Of a DNA stretch of 64,000 nt, positions 28,322-37,577 are shown one piece after another. Numbering within the stretch: the stretch's first letter is position 1; the number at the start of each line of letters is the position of its first letter. The translations under genes and the position numbers were made by a program. The notes beneath the pieces are model-generated. The model did not search any database, was not told the DNA's origin, and saw nothing but the letters and a program-made list of their open reading frames with translations. Source of the stretch: an uncultured bacterium (GTDB lineage Bacteria > Omnitrophota > Omnitrophia > Omnitrophales > CAZLUT01). Location of the stretch: assembly GCA_964562805.1 (NCBI GenBank), contig CAZLUT010000003.1, forward strand, positions 6,707-70,706. The letters are read 5' to 3'.

Positions 28322-29569
28322 TTTAAGTACCTGGCGAATTGTATCCATATCCTTGTCTCCGCGGCCCGAAAGACAAATAACAATCGATTCTGTTTTTTTC
28401 ATTTTCTTAGCAAGCTTTACAGCAAGACTTACCGCATGCGCTGACTCCAAGGCCGGAATAATCCCTTCTTCATATGATAATTTTTTAAATCCGTCCAAGG
28501 CCTCTTTATCCGTAACACCAAAATAAGAAGCTCGTTTTACTTGGTGTAAATACGCATGTTCCGGCCCTACTGAAGGATAGTCAAGTCCCGCAGAAATCGA
28601 ATGAGCTAATTTGATTTGACCTTCTGAATTTTGAAGTACTCGGCTTTTCATTCCGTGAAGGACACCCGTCTCACCTTTTAAAAGTGACAAGCCGTGTTTT
28701 CCGGTATTCGCCCCAAGACCCGCGGCCTCAGCGCCAAAAAATTTCACTCGTGTGTTTAAGAAGGGGTAAAAAAATCCGATTGAATTACTTCCTCCTCCAA
28801 CGCACGCAACGAGCGCCGTGGGCAAACTCCCTTTCAGCTTTAGAAACTGCCTCTTGGTTTCAAGTCCGATCACCGTTTGAAAATCTCTTACAATCATCGG
28901 ATAAGGATGAGGTCCCACGACACTTCCGAGCAAATAATGAGTAGTTTCAGATGTGGCAACCCAATCCCGAATGGCATCATTCGTAGCATCTTTCAGAGTT
29001 TCAGCACCTGAGGTGACCGGAATAACTCGCGCTCCTAAAAGTTTCATCTTATAAACATTAAGGGCCTGCCGCTCAATATCCTTGGCACCCATATAAACGT
29101 CACATTCAAGACTAAAAAGCCGGGCTGCTGTCGCTGCGGCCACACCATGCTGACCAGCTCCGGTCTCAGCTACGACCCTCTTCTTTCCAAGTTTTTTGGC
29201 AAGAAGCGCCTGGGCTACCGTGTTATTAATTTTATGAGCGCCCGTGTGAAGCAGATCTTCTCTTTTTAAGAAAATTTGGGCTCCACCCGTCGAATGTGTA
29301 AGATTACCCGCAAACATCAAAGGTGTAGGGCGTCCCGCGTAAGTTTCCAAAACTTGAGTCAGCTCTTTTTGAAACTTTTTATCCTTTTTTAGTTTCCGGT
29401 ATTCCTTCTCGAGCTCCAGAAGAGCTTTCATAAGGGTCTCAGGCACAAACTTCCCCCCAAAACCGTCAAATTTTCCTTTGCTATCCGGCAAATTGTATTT
29501 TTTATTTCTTTTAGCCATTCTTTTAACCTGTATGCGTATATTTATTAGTTGAAGTTGAGAGTCTATCAT
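28319..29569 (-). CDS. trpB: tryptophan synthase beta chain
   Basis: PLP-enzyme blocks [17 protein letters not shown]; true start may be the internal ATG at 29518 ([22 protein letters not shown]) rather than 29569. Confidence 0.9.
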   Translation of the reverse strand: MIDSQLQLINIRIQVKRMAKRNKKYNLPDSKGKFDGFGGKFVPETLMKALLELEKEYRKLKKDKKFQKELTQVLETYAGRPTPLMFAGNLTHSTGGAQIFLKREDLLHTGAHKINNTVAQALLAKKLGKKRVVAETGAGQHGVAAATAARLFSLECDVYMGAKDIERQALNVYKMKLLGARVIPVTSGAETLKDATNDAIRDWVATSETTHYLLGSVVGPHPYPMIVRDFQTVIGLETKRQFLKLKGSLPTALVACVGGGSNSIGFFYPFLNTRVKFFGAEAAGLGANTGKHGLSLLKGETGVLHGMKSRVLQNSEGQIKLAHSISAGLDYPSVGPEHAYLHQVKRASYFGVTDKEALDGFKKLSYEEGIIPALESAHAVSLAVKLAKKMKKTESIVICLSGRGDKDMDTIRQVLK

Positions 29570-29602
29570 ACGCTTAACTCATGGGCAATATGACAAAAAC
29601 GA

Positions 29603-29648
29603 TGAATAGTGAATAGTGGTTAGCGTGTAGTGGTTAGTGTAGAATAAG
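29603..29648 (+). repeat. heptamer tandem array family B in + orientation, 5-6 units
   Basis: tagtgaa tagtggt tagcgtg tagtggt tagtgta gaataag ending at the AAGGA SD of the + strand MtfA-like gene; inverted relative to array 28294-28321 so the two flank trpB. Confidence 0.6.
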
Positions 29649-29651
29649 GAC

Positions 29652-30476
29652 ATGTTTATCTACATATCCTTATTATTCGCGGCCTTTGTCTTGCTCTATA
29701 TTTTGACTGGCAAGCTAACGCGTCTCATTAAACGCACGAAACTGCTAAATGCTCCTTTTTCGTTTGAATGGGAAAAAATTTTAGAAAAAAATATTTTCTT
29801 TTACCGCCACCTGCCTCAACACTTTAAAAAAGAGCTTAAGGGAGACATTCAAATTTTTTTAAACGAAAAAAGGTTTAAGGGCTGCGGAGGTCTCAAAATT
29901 ACCGATGAAATCCGCCTGACAATAGCAGCCGAGGCCTGCATCCTTCTTTTAAACCGGAAATCTAAATACTATCCCCATCTATCCACTATTTTTGTATATC
30001 CTCACATCTATGTTGGAGGTGAAAACCGACTCTCGTCCACCGGTATTCCAATCGAAAATAAAAGTGCTCGAGCCGGTGAATCCTGGCATCGAGGCCCTCT
30101 CGTTTTAGCTTGGGATGACGTAAAAAATTCATCAAATCAAAACACTAAAGGGCATAATGTTGTTCTTCACGAATTCGCCCACCAGCTGGATCAGGAAGAT
30201 GGCGAAGCCGACGGCGCCCCCATCCTGCCCAAAACAATGAGATATGCCGAATGGACTCGAGTGTTTAAAAAGGAATACAACCATTTACTAGACGATGTTA
30301 AATTTCAAAGAAAAAATGTGCTGGATTACTACGGGGGGACAAATCCGGCAGAATTTTTTGCAGTTGCTACCGAAACTTTTTTTACCAAACCACAGGAATT
30401 AAACCGGGATGAGCCGGAGCTCTACCAGGAACTCAAAACGTACTACGCCTTAGACCCGCTCAAATGGATCGATTAG
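29652..30476 (+). CDS. MtfA-like zinc metallopeptidase (M90 family)
   Basis: HEFAHQLD HExxH motif with downstream acidic region; size and N-terminal TM consistent with MtfA/DgsA-anti-repressor family. Confidence 0.65.
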   Translation: MFIYISLLFAAFVLLYILTGKLTRLIKRTKLLNAPFSFEWEKILEKNIFFYRHLPQHFKKELKGDIQIFLNEKRFKGCGGLKITDEIRLTIAAEACILLLNRKSKYYPHLSTIFVYPHIYVGGENRLSSTGIPIENKSARAGESWHRGPLVLAWDDVKNSSNQNTKGHNVVLHEFAHQLDQEDGEADGAPILPKTMRYAEWTRVFKKEYNHLLDDVKFQRKNVLDYYGGTNPAEFFAVATETFFTKPQELNRDEPELYQELKTYYALDPLKWID

Positions 30477-30489
30477 GTTTTTAACGGTT

Positions 30490-30684
30490 TTAAAATTCCG
30501 GATATTCAGGTGTATCCCCTGAATATGAAGCGTTGGTATCAGCGTTCAAAAATTCCATCTGGCCGCCGTAATTGCCACCATCTGAAAATTCACCTTCATC
30601 ATTAGGGGTTGGCCCCATACAAGCAGACCCTACCATAGCTAAACTCAACAAAAGCAGAATAAGAACTAACAATCTTTTAATCAT
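30490..30684 (-). CDS. small acidic putative lipoprotein
   Basis: 64 aa, signal peptide ending VGSAC (lipobox-like), acidic mature part. Confidence 0.35.
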   Translation of the reverse strand: MIKRLLVLILLLLSLAMVGSACMGPTPNDEGEFSDGGNYGGQMEFLNADTNASYSGDTPEYPEF

Positions 30685-30814
30685 TTTTATCCTTTCCTGG
30701 ATTAGTAAAAAACAGCCAAATTATACCTTAAATACCGCAACTTCCGACTTTTAAGTTATAAATTTTTATATAAAATGGGTTAACACGCTATAATTGTTTA
30801 AACATCTAAAAAAT

Positions 30815-31888
30815 ATGAAAATAAAACTAATAATCATCTTTCTGCTTTTCCTTCCGCTTTTAAAGCCGGTTTTTACCGCATCAGCCGAACCCAGCGACAC
30901 GGTCGCACCCGGATCATTTGAAGAAGATGATGAAAAAACAATTCGCTCATATGAAACGCTTCTCAAGAAATATCCGGAAAATGAATCTCTTTACATTGAA
31001 TTAAGTAATATTTATCTTCGTACAGAACGCTTGCCGAAAGCTAAAGCATACCTGCAGAAGGTTCTTCTTATTAATCCTCAAAACACGGAAGCTCTGCTTC
31101 TTTTGGGCGACATTCACAGTGCTAATAATGAATATGAAAAAGCTATGGGATATTTTGATAAAGCGCTTCAAAGTCAGGCGGAATTTCCAGATTCGCTACT
31201 GCCGGGTGCTGGCATGCAAAAAAACAAAAAAGAGATCCCTCGAGATTCAAGGTTAAGTTTAGTCGGTATTAAAATTGCCTCGACATTTGATGCTCTGGGG
31301 CAGCCTGAAAAAGGAATACTATACAACGAAAATGCTATCGCCATCAATCCGGACAATCCGGAAGCTTATAAGGGTCTTGGTAAACTCTATAGCCATCTTG
31401 GCAAGTATGAGCTGGCTCTCAATTATTTTCAAGAGGCCTACATGATGGATCCGACTGATTTCGAGTCCTGTCTTAATATCGGAAAAATTCTTTCCCGCCT
31501 AGGCCGTGACGAACGATCAATTATTTATCTTAAAAAATCATATGAATTAAGTCCCGAATCCGTATCAATTCTGGACTATTTGGGACACGTGTATATCAAA
31601 TTAGGAAATTACGACGAAGCAATTAATTATTTTAAGAAGGCTATTAAGGCCGATCCTGAATCAATTAATCATTACAATTACCTGGGAAGTGCTTATTACT
31701 CAATGGGAGAATATGAAAAAGCGATTAAAACATTCCAGGACACAATAAAGATTGATCCAACTAATAGTAAAATTTATGAAAATTTGGGATATATTTTTAA
31801 ATACTTGGGCGAGCCTCGCGAAGCGGATTATTATTTTTCAAAGTATAAAAAACTTTTGGAATCCGAAAAAAAAGATTCTAGCCTTTAA
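30815..31888 (+). CDS. secreted TPR-repeat protein
   Basis: ATG at 30815 gives classic signal peptide MKIKLIIIFLLFLPLLKPVFTASA (track TTG 30794 less likely); at least 7 TPR units with A/Y/L consensus; TATAAT at 30789-30794. Confidence 0.65.
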   Translation: MKIKLIIIFLLFLPLLKPVFTASAEPSDTVAPGSFEEDDEKTIRSYETLLKKYPENESLYIELSNIYLRTERLPKAKAYLQKVLLINPQNTEALLLLGDIHSANNEYEKAMGYFDKALQSQAEFPDSLLPGAGMQKNKKEIPRDSRLSLVGIKIASTFDALGQPEKGILYNENAIAINPDNPEAYKGLGKLYSHLGKYELALNYFQEAYMMDPTDFESCLNIGKILSRLGRDERSIIYLKKSYELSPESVSILDYLGHVYIKLGNYDEAINYFKKAIKADPESINHYNYLGSAYYSMGEYEKAIKTFQDTIKIDPTNSKIYENLGYIFKYLGEPREADYYFSKYKKLLESEKKDSSL

Positions 31889-32237
31889 ATTTTATTCCTT
31901 CCCCGCTTAAAAGTTTCCGTAAATACTCACGTTTGTCACCTTGGATTTCTACGACACCACCCTTAGGTCCTTCGCGATAGGTGCCTCCTGTACCGCACTT
32001 TGATTTTAGGCGCTTTGCCAAATCTTTCAAAAAAGGAATAGACGCCGGCAATTCATCAATAACAGTGACCAGCTTCCCGCCTCTACCCCCGGTCTCAATT
32101 CTTAATTTGGCGACAAAGCTATTTAAATCGAAAGAGTTTTTGAGATTACAAACACACTCCGGCACCAAATGTTTACACTTAGGACATTTCTTGTTTTTGT
32201 CAGAATCTGTTGAATAAACAAGGATGGAATCGCTAAT
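31878..32237 (-). CDS. yciH: translation initiation factor SUI1/YciH homologue with probable AUU start codon and Cys4 insertion
   Basis: C-terminal SUI1 fold (KCGTGGT, VVEIQGDKRE); conserved N-terminal SDSxxLVYST block is encoded upstream of the track's TTG (32168) in the same frame with no ATG/GTG/TTG before the in-frame stop at 32270; Ile codon ATT (32237-32235) aligns with Met1 of E. coli YciH and is preceded by AAGGGT at 6-7 nt. Confidence 0.55.
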   Translation of the reverse strand: MSDSILVYSTDSDKNKKCPKCKHLVPECVCNLKNSFDLNSFVAKLRIETGGRGGKLVTVIDELPASIPFLKDLAKRLKSKCGTGGTYREGPKGGVVEIQGDKREYLRKLLSGEGIKFKG

Positions 32238-32248
32238 AGGTCTACCCT

Positions 32249-33016
32249 TTATGATATGAAACCAAGATTAGTTTTCTTAACCCAACCTGTCTCACCGCTC
32301 GGTAAATCAATTCGATACCAATCGCCTGACTGATCCACAGCCTTTACCGCTACGCCTTCGGCTAGGTGAAAAGCTGCTTTTTCGTGATTTGAAGGACCGT
32401 ACCTGACTTCTGTTTTTGAGGTTAACACGATAGCGTCCTTATAACGAAGATCATATAACTTGAATCCCAAAAGCACTAAGCTTGCTATTAAGAGTGTTAG
32501 AAAAAGGCGCCGGCCTCTATAGATCCATCTCCGCTGTTTAAAAAAACGTAAAATAGTAAAAAACAAGACTCCGATATAAAAAATCAGGGCAAGATTAATA
32601 ACCTCCCCCTTCCTGAAATACCGGGATTGCTTAATGAACCATTTAATAACAACAGGGGTTGAATCTTCGATTTGAAGCGGCACTTGAGAATCAGCTAATT
32701 TTAAATTAGCCCGAATATCTTTTGATCTGGGGTCAAGTCTTAATGCTTTCTGATAATTTAATATCGCAAGACCCAATTTCTTCGATTTATAGTAAGCATC
32801 ACCCAAATTGTAATAAATATCGGGATCACGGGACTTTTTTGAGAGCATCTTTTCATACATTTCGATGGCCCCTTCATAATCCTTCTCCTGATACATCTTG
32901 CCGGCTTCGTCCCATTCCAGCGTTGGTGAAACTTTCATAAGCTCGCAGGCGCCGCTCGCTGCCCCTAAAAGAACAATCGCACCCGCTAAAATCAAACTAC
33001 CGAATCTTTTTTTCAA
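32249..33016 (-). CDS. BatE-like protein (TPR repeats + C-terminal SH3b domain)
   Basis: Signal peptide, 2-3 TPR units, TM segments, C-terminal SH3b-like GDWYRIDLPSGETGWVKK. Confidence 0.55.
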   Translation of the reverse strand: MKKRFGSLILAGAIVLLGAASGACELMKVSPTLEWDEAGKMYQEKDYEGAIEMYEKMLSKKSRDPDIYYNLGDAYYKSKKLGLAILNYQKALRLDPRSKDIRANLKLADSQVPLQIEDSTPVVIKWFIKQSRYFRKGEVINLALIFYIGVLFFTILRFFKQRRWIYRGRRLFLTLLIASLVLLGFKLYDLRYKDAIVLTSKTEVRYGPSNHEKAAFHLAEGVAVKAVDQSGDWYRIDLPSGETGWVKKTNLGFIS

Positions 33017-34976
33017 GACGCTTTACCATCCCTTCCAATATCTTAATAAGGTTCCTGCCTTCATCCTCTGAGATCAGATTTAGAGCAAAACGGGCCCGGT
33101 CAGTAACTTCGTAAAAATCTTTGATTTGCTTTTGAACTTCATCTTCGATCGCAAAATGCTCCATTTGCGCTTCAATTTCAGTAAGAGTAAGTCCGCCGGC
33201 TGAAACATTGAACTTATCCGCTAGATACTCACTCATCACCTGATGCGCTTGAGCGAAAAACTCTTTCCGTTTTTCTTCTGACTGATCGCGGGTGAGCCCT
33301 TTAAGCTTACGAATACCTCTGAGAGCCCTTCCTTGGGCTTTGAGACGCCGCTTAAGGCCCTTATGCTGACTGTAAAAAAGTTCCTTTCGGTGATTCCAGA
33401 ATAACACAAGCGTTGCTATTGTTAAAAGCCCGGCCAGGCCGCTCAGAATACGGTTCGTTATCGGTTCATAAACCAAAAGGGTGTTATCATCATCCTTTTG
33501 TCTTATAAAATGGATTCCGCTTTCTTCAATCTCAAGAGTTTTTTTGTCAACTGCGATTTGTTCGGGAACCGTGTAGGTATACGAAGGATCACCCTTTTCG
33601 ACCTTCACTTTAAAAGATTTGGATTTTTGAACATGATAACTTCTCGTCCCGGGGTTAAAGTAACTAAACTCAATAGGAGGAATTGTCAGCATCCCTTCCT
33701 GAGATGGAATAAGGGTTAATTCGTAAGTTTTTCTTCCTTGAATAATGTTAAAGTCAGGGGAAACTTGAGAGCTTGAATCTGTTTCAAAAATTTTAACACC
33801 TTCTAAAGTTGGAAGATCAGGCCTTTCAATTGTTTCGACATTACCGGCCCCCTCAACTGTCAAAGACAAAGCTAAGGGTTCATTCTGCCGGACAGAACGC
33901 TTGTTGAGAACCGCTTCAAATCTATAATCCCCCACTGCCCCCCTGAAACTCACGGGTTTTCCTTTTTCAGGCAACGGCTTTGCCGTAATTTTGATGGGAT
34001 TCGCTCTTAAAATACGCGGGGTTTTTCTAGCAAAAAAACCGCCACTTTTAAAAAAGCTGTCTCCAAAAAAATCATCTACATATCGATTGCGGCCCTTGGG
34101 ATGCTCAATAACCATTGCCCTAACCGTTCCGGGTTCAACCCCAAAAATACCGCTTCGTGTCGGAAAAAGCGCGATTTTGCGAAAATCGGAAGTCTCATAT
34201 TTAAGCCCTCCTACTTTCACAACCCGCTTAGTCGGCCTTCTTTCAGCCGGAAATTCTTCAGTCCAAAATCCTGTCGTAATCGGCTCTTCCTCAAAACGCT
34301 CTAGCGTGGCATCGGTCCGGTAATAAATTGAGTAAGTTAAAGTTACTTGCTCTCCAACAAAAACTTCGCTTCGGTTTACCCAGGCTTTCATAAAAATCTC
34401 GTCCCCCTCCTGTGCCGCCGGAACAAAATCAGGGCTCCCGGGAGCCCTCACAGCACTTGGCGCGGGGCTCTGTGAAGGGGCAGAATAAGGTTGAGGTGAA
34501 AGTTGACTCGCTTGATGAGCTTTAGGATTGGTTAATTGGCCAGCCTTACCTAAAACTTCGATTTGAGCGGGTGCAGTTCGATATGTTGAACTGCCGACTT
34601 CAACTTCAATGGGAGGTATTGTAAACTTACCTGCCGTCAGAGGAACCAGTGTAAACGTAAATTCGGTATGAGCTCGTTTTTTTCCATTGATAATAGCGAT
34701 CTCGGAGGAGCGGCCCAAATAGTAGACATTAAAACCTTTTAGCTGAGGAATTCGAGGTCTTTCAAGGCCTCCGGCGGTCCCTTCAATAATAATTTTCATA
34801 CGGATTTCCTCGTCAATGTCGATAGATTTTCTATCAAAAGTGATAGTGACATTGAGAGCTTCATCTGGAGTGGCGGCAATAGATGGTCCCGAACTAAATA
34901 CCAGCAATACTAAAAAGGTAAATAATATTTTTTTCATAAACTGGCTAAATTCTAACAGAAAGTCTAAACTCATCAA
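32997..34976 (-). CDS. BatD-like protein (oxygen-tolerance/Bat family, large periplasmic beta domains with C-terminal TM)
   Basis: Signal peptide, repeated beta-sandwich regions, P/S/A-rich linker, C-terminal TM followed by cytoplasmic coiled coil; about 660 aa, adjacent to BatE-like gene. Confidence 0.5.
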   Translation of the reverse strand: MMSLDFLLEFSQFMKKILFTFLVLLVFSSGPSIAATPDEALNVTITFDRKSIDIDEEIRMKIIIEGTAGGLERPRIPQLKGFNVYYLGRSSEIAIINGKKRAHTEFTFTLVPLTAGKFTIPPIEVEVGSSTYRTAPAQIEVLGKAGQLTNPKAHQASQLSPQPYSAPSQSPAPSAVRAPGSPDFVPAAQEGDEIFMKAWVNRSEVFVGEQVTLTYSIYYRTDATLERFEEEPITTGFWTEEFPAERRPTKRVVKVGGLKYETSDFRKIALFPTRSGIFGVEPGTVRAMVIEHPKGRNRYVDDFFGDSFFKSGGFFARKTPRILRANPIKITAKPLPEKGKPVSFRGAVGDYRFEAVLNKRSVRQNEPLALSLTVEGAGNVETIERPDLPTLEGVKIFETDSSSQVSPDFNIIQGRKTYELTLIPSQEGMLTIPPIEFSYFNPGTRSYHVQKSKSFKVKVEKGDPSYTYTVPEQIAVDKKTLEIEESGIHFIRQKDDDNTLLVYEPITNRILSGLAGLLTIATLVLFWNHRKELFYSQHKGLKRRLKAQGRALRGIRKLKGLTRDQSEEKRKEFFAQAHQVMSEYLADKFNVSAGGLTLTEIEAQMEHFAIEDEVQKQIKDFYEVTDRARFALNLISEDEGRNLIKILEGMVKRLEKKIR

Positions 34977-34988
34977 ACTGTCAAATTT

Positions 34989-36404
34989 TTACTTTCTTTT
35001 AAAGCTAGCGAGCCATTCGATTTCAAACTGCTTAAAATTTTTGCCGGTCATTTCAAAAAAACTTTGCGAAAAAGCCTTACCCTCGCCCGATTTTTTTAAA
35101 AGCTGATCTATTTCACCCCATCCATATTTTTCAAGAAGATATCGGACTAATAAATAAGATTCTTGATAAAAAAGAGCGACATCAATCGGCTCGCGAAGCA
35201 GTTCGGGTCTCTGGTTGAGAGATTCCAGTGAAAAAAGAGCGCCCACTTTTTTCGCGGCTAAAAATATGGTGAGTGAAATTGGTTCAACGCGGTTTTCTTC
35301 GATTTGAGCCAACCCTTCATTCAGCCAGACAGGGCATTTTCCTTTGGTTATTTCATAGATAAAGGCATGCGTTAGCTCGTGATAAACTATCTTTTGATAT
35401 TGTTTTTCCCAATACCCCACTCCAAACGGCAAACGCAATTTTCCGTCATAAAAGCCACCCGCCCAATGGGGGGCCCGATTCAGCTGAAAAAAATTCTGCG
35501 GGTCATAAAAAATGACTACGATTTTTTTAACGGGTTTGAAGTTAAAATCTTCGGCTAACTGCCGGTAAGCCTCACGAAGTACCGCACGCAAAGACTCACG
35601 TTCTTTCTCCCATTCTTTCTTATTCCACTTAACAATAAAATTCTCCGTTTGAAATTCTTCAAGAGGTTCCTCAAGAGGCATTTCTTCGGTAAGGCGCGCT
35701 AACTTTTCCCGTATTACCGGCGTTCGCCGTATCTCAACCGCCTGAATCCACGCCGCTTTTGCCTCGGGAAGCCTTTGATTCTGGTAATAGAGATCCCCCA
35801 AAAAAGAACAGGCTTCATAGCTCGGATAAATTTCTACTGATTTCTTGGCCAGAGGCAGGGCATCAGAAAAATTTTTCTTTTTATAGAAAGAAACGGCCAG
35901 ATTATGAAAATCAATCGAAACTCCTCTCCTTGAATCTTCCGGAATCGTTTTTTTGTCAGCAAATTCGATAAGAGTTTTTATAAGCGGAGTTCTTTCCTTT
36001 GTTGAAATCGTCTGTAAAAGGCCGCGAAGCATTAACCAAAACCTTTCTTCATCCTTACCAGATTTTATAACACCGTCCGCTTTCCGAAGGATCACTTCTA
36101 CTCCGGTCCAATTTTCCTTTTCGGCATCGGCCCGAGCAAGCTCGCCATAGACAGCCAGTAAATTTTGACGAACGACTTCGTTTTGAGGGTTTAATTCATA
36201 TGCTTTTTCAAAATTAAAACGGGCTAAATTCCATTTTTTTTGATTAAAATAATCAAGCCCCTTTTGATGGATCCCCGAAACTAAATAGTCCTTTTTTAAT
36301 TTCTCTGTATCTTCCGTGGCAGCAAGAGTCCCGATGAGTAGAAATCTAATAACAACCAAGGTGACGATTAAAAGAATCCAAGATGTTATTTTTATTGCTT
36401 TCAT
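34989..36404 (-). CDS. membrane-anchored TPR protein with peptidase-MA-like (HExxH...NEGxA) C-terminal domain
   Basis: HELTHAF...WLNEGLAQ gluzincin-like motif; TPR N-terminal half; start placed at ATG 36404 (MKAIKI, TM helix) rather than GTG 36419 which lies in the heptamer array. Confidence 0.6.
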   Translation of the reverse strand: MKAIKITSWILLIVTLVVIRFLLIGTLAATEDTEKLKKDYLVSGIHQKGLDYFNQKKWNLARFNFEKAYELNPQNEVVRQNLLAVYGELARADAEKENWTGVEVILRKADGVIKSGKDEERFWLMLRGLLQTISTKERTPLIKTLIEFADKKTIPEDSRRGVSIDFHNLAVSFYKKKNFSDALPLAKKSVEIYPSYEACSFLGDLYYQNQRLPEAKAAWIQAVEIRRTPVIREKLARLTEEMPLEEPLEEFQTENFIVKWNKKEWEKERESLRAVLREAYRQLAEDFNFKPVKKIVVIFYDPQNFFQLNRAPHWAGGFYDGKLRLPFGVGYWEKQYQKIVYHELTHAFIYEITKGKCPVWLNEGLAQIEENRVEPISLTIFLAAKKVGALFSLESLNQRPELLREPIDVALFYQESYLLVRYLLEKYGWGEIDQLLKKSGEGKAFSQSFFEMTGKNFKQFEIEWLASFKRK

Positions 36405-36433
36405 CTTCGTTCTATTCACTATCCACTAATCAC
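36405..36433 (-). repeat. heptamer tandem array family B, 3-4 units
   Basis: ttcgttc tattcac tatccac taatcac between M48 stop (36441) and next start; sense strand GTGATTA GTGGATA GTGAATA with three TAGs in three frames. Confidence 0.6.
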
Positions 36434-36440
36434 GGAAATT

Positions 36441-37568
36441 TCAACCATGAAATTTCCTGGCAAATTCAATCCTCTTCTTGATTGAGGGATGGCTATAAAA
36501 AAGTCTTTCAACCCACGGATTAGGATCCGGGTCTGCTAGATTTTGATCTGCCAATTTTTCAAATGTTGAAATAAAGGCATCTTTGTATCCGGTCACACGA
36601 AGCGCAAACTCATCCGCTTGGCGCTCATAAAAGCGGGAAATCGCTTTCAAAAAAGGTCCTGCGCCAAGCGTTATAATCCAAAGCATAAGTGCTAAGGACG
36701 GAAAAAACAACGGATCTGCCGGAGATAAACCGGACCTTTGACTCAAAAAGTTTAAAAGTAAAAAGCAGACATAAAATAACAATAAAGAAAATACAGCGTT
36801 TGCTAATATCCCCTTCAAAATATGGCGATATTTGTAATGACCGATTTCATGAGCTAGAACCACTTCAATTTCATCCTCGGAAAAATTCTGGATTAAAGTG
36901 TCAGCCAACACAACCCGCTTTGATTTTCCAAGCCCCGTAAACATGGCGTTTGCTTTTTTAGTTGTCCGGCTTAAATTAAGTGAGAAAAAGTTCTTAATCC
37001 GAAGCCCGTGTTTTTCTCCCATTTTCCAAATTTTCTGCTTCAATGTTTCGCTCTCTATTGGGCCGTACTTATAAAATAAAGGAACGATCCACAGAGGAAC
37101 AATTTTTGAAAAAAATAAGGAAAATGCAAAATAAAAAATCCAGGCGATCCACCACCATTCAGATGAATATTGCCGTATTAAAAAATAAAACACTTGAATT
37201 AAAAGCGAGGCAATACCAAAAGACAAAAGCGCTTTTTTTATTTCATCGATTATCCATGTTTTAACCGTATGATTCGAGAGCTCAAATCGTTTCTCAAGAA
37301 CGAAGCCCGAATAAAAGCAAAGCGGCAGGTCAAAAATCAAAAAAACAAATGAAAATAAAATAAAATATATTTGGAGCTCTAAAAAGGGATTCCCCGCAAA
37401 GCTTGCCAGTGAACGGATGAAGCCTCCGAGGGGAGTTAAGGTTAAAATTAAAAGGATAGTTCCTGTTATTCCTAAGCTAATGAAGTAATTCTGATGCTGA
37501 AGCCATTGATATTTCTTTGCTTTTTCCAAAGTGCCCAATTTGGATAAATTTTTTTCTGAAAGCGCCAT
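36441..37568 (-). CDS. M48-family zinc metalloprotease (Ste24/HtpX-like, multi-TM)
   Basis: HEIGHYKYRH HExxH within TM-rich protein, C-terminal ERQADEFA third-ligand region. Confidence 0.75.
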   Translation of the reverse strand: MALSEKNLSKLGTLEKAKKYQWLQHQNYFISLGITGTILLILTLTPLGGFIRSLASFAGNPFLELQIYFILFSFVFLIFDLPLCFYSGFVLEKRFELSNHTVKTWIIDEIKKALLSFGIASLLIQVFYFLIRQYSSEWWWIAWIFYFAFSLFFSKIVPLWIVPLFYKYGPIESETLKQKIWKMGEKHGLRIKNFFSLNLSRTTKKANAMFTGLGKSKRVVLADTLIQNFSEDEIEVVLAHEIGHYKYRHILKGILANAVFSLLLFYVCFLLLNFLSQRSGLSPADPLFFPSLALMLWIITLGAGPFLKAISRFYERQADEFALRVTGYKDAFISTFEKLADQNLADPDPNPWVERLFYSHPSIKKRIEFARKFHG

Positions 37569-37577
37569 AAATCCTAG

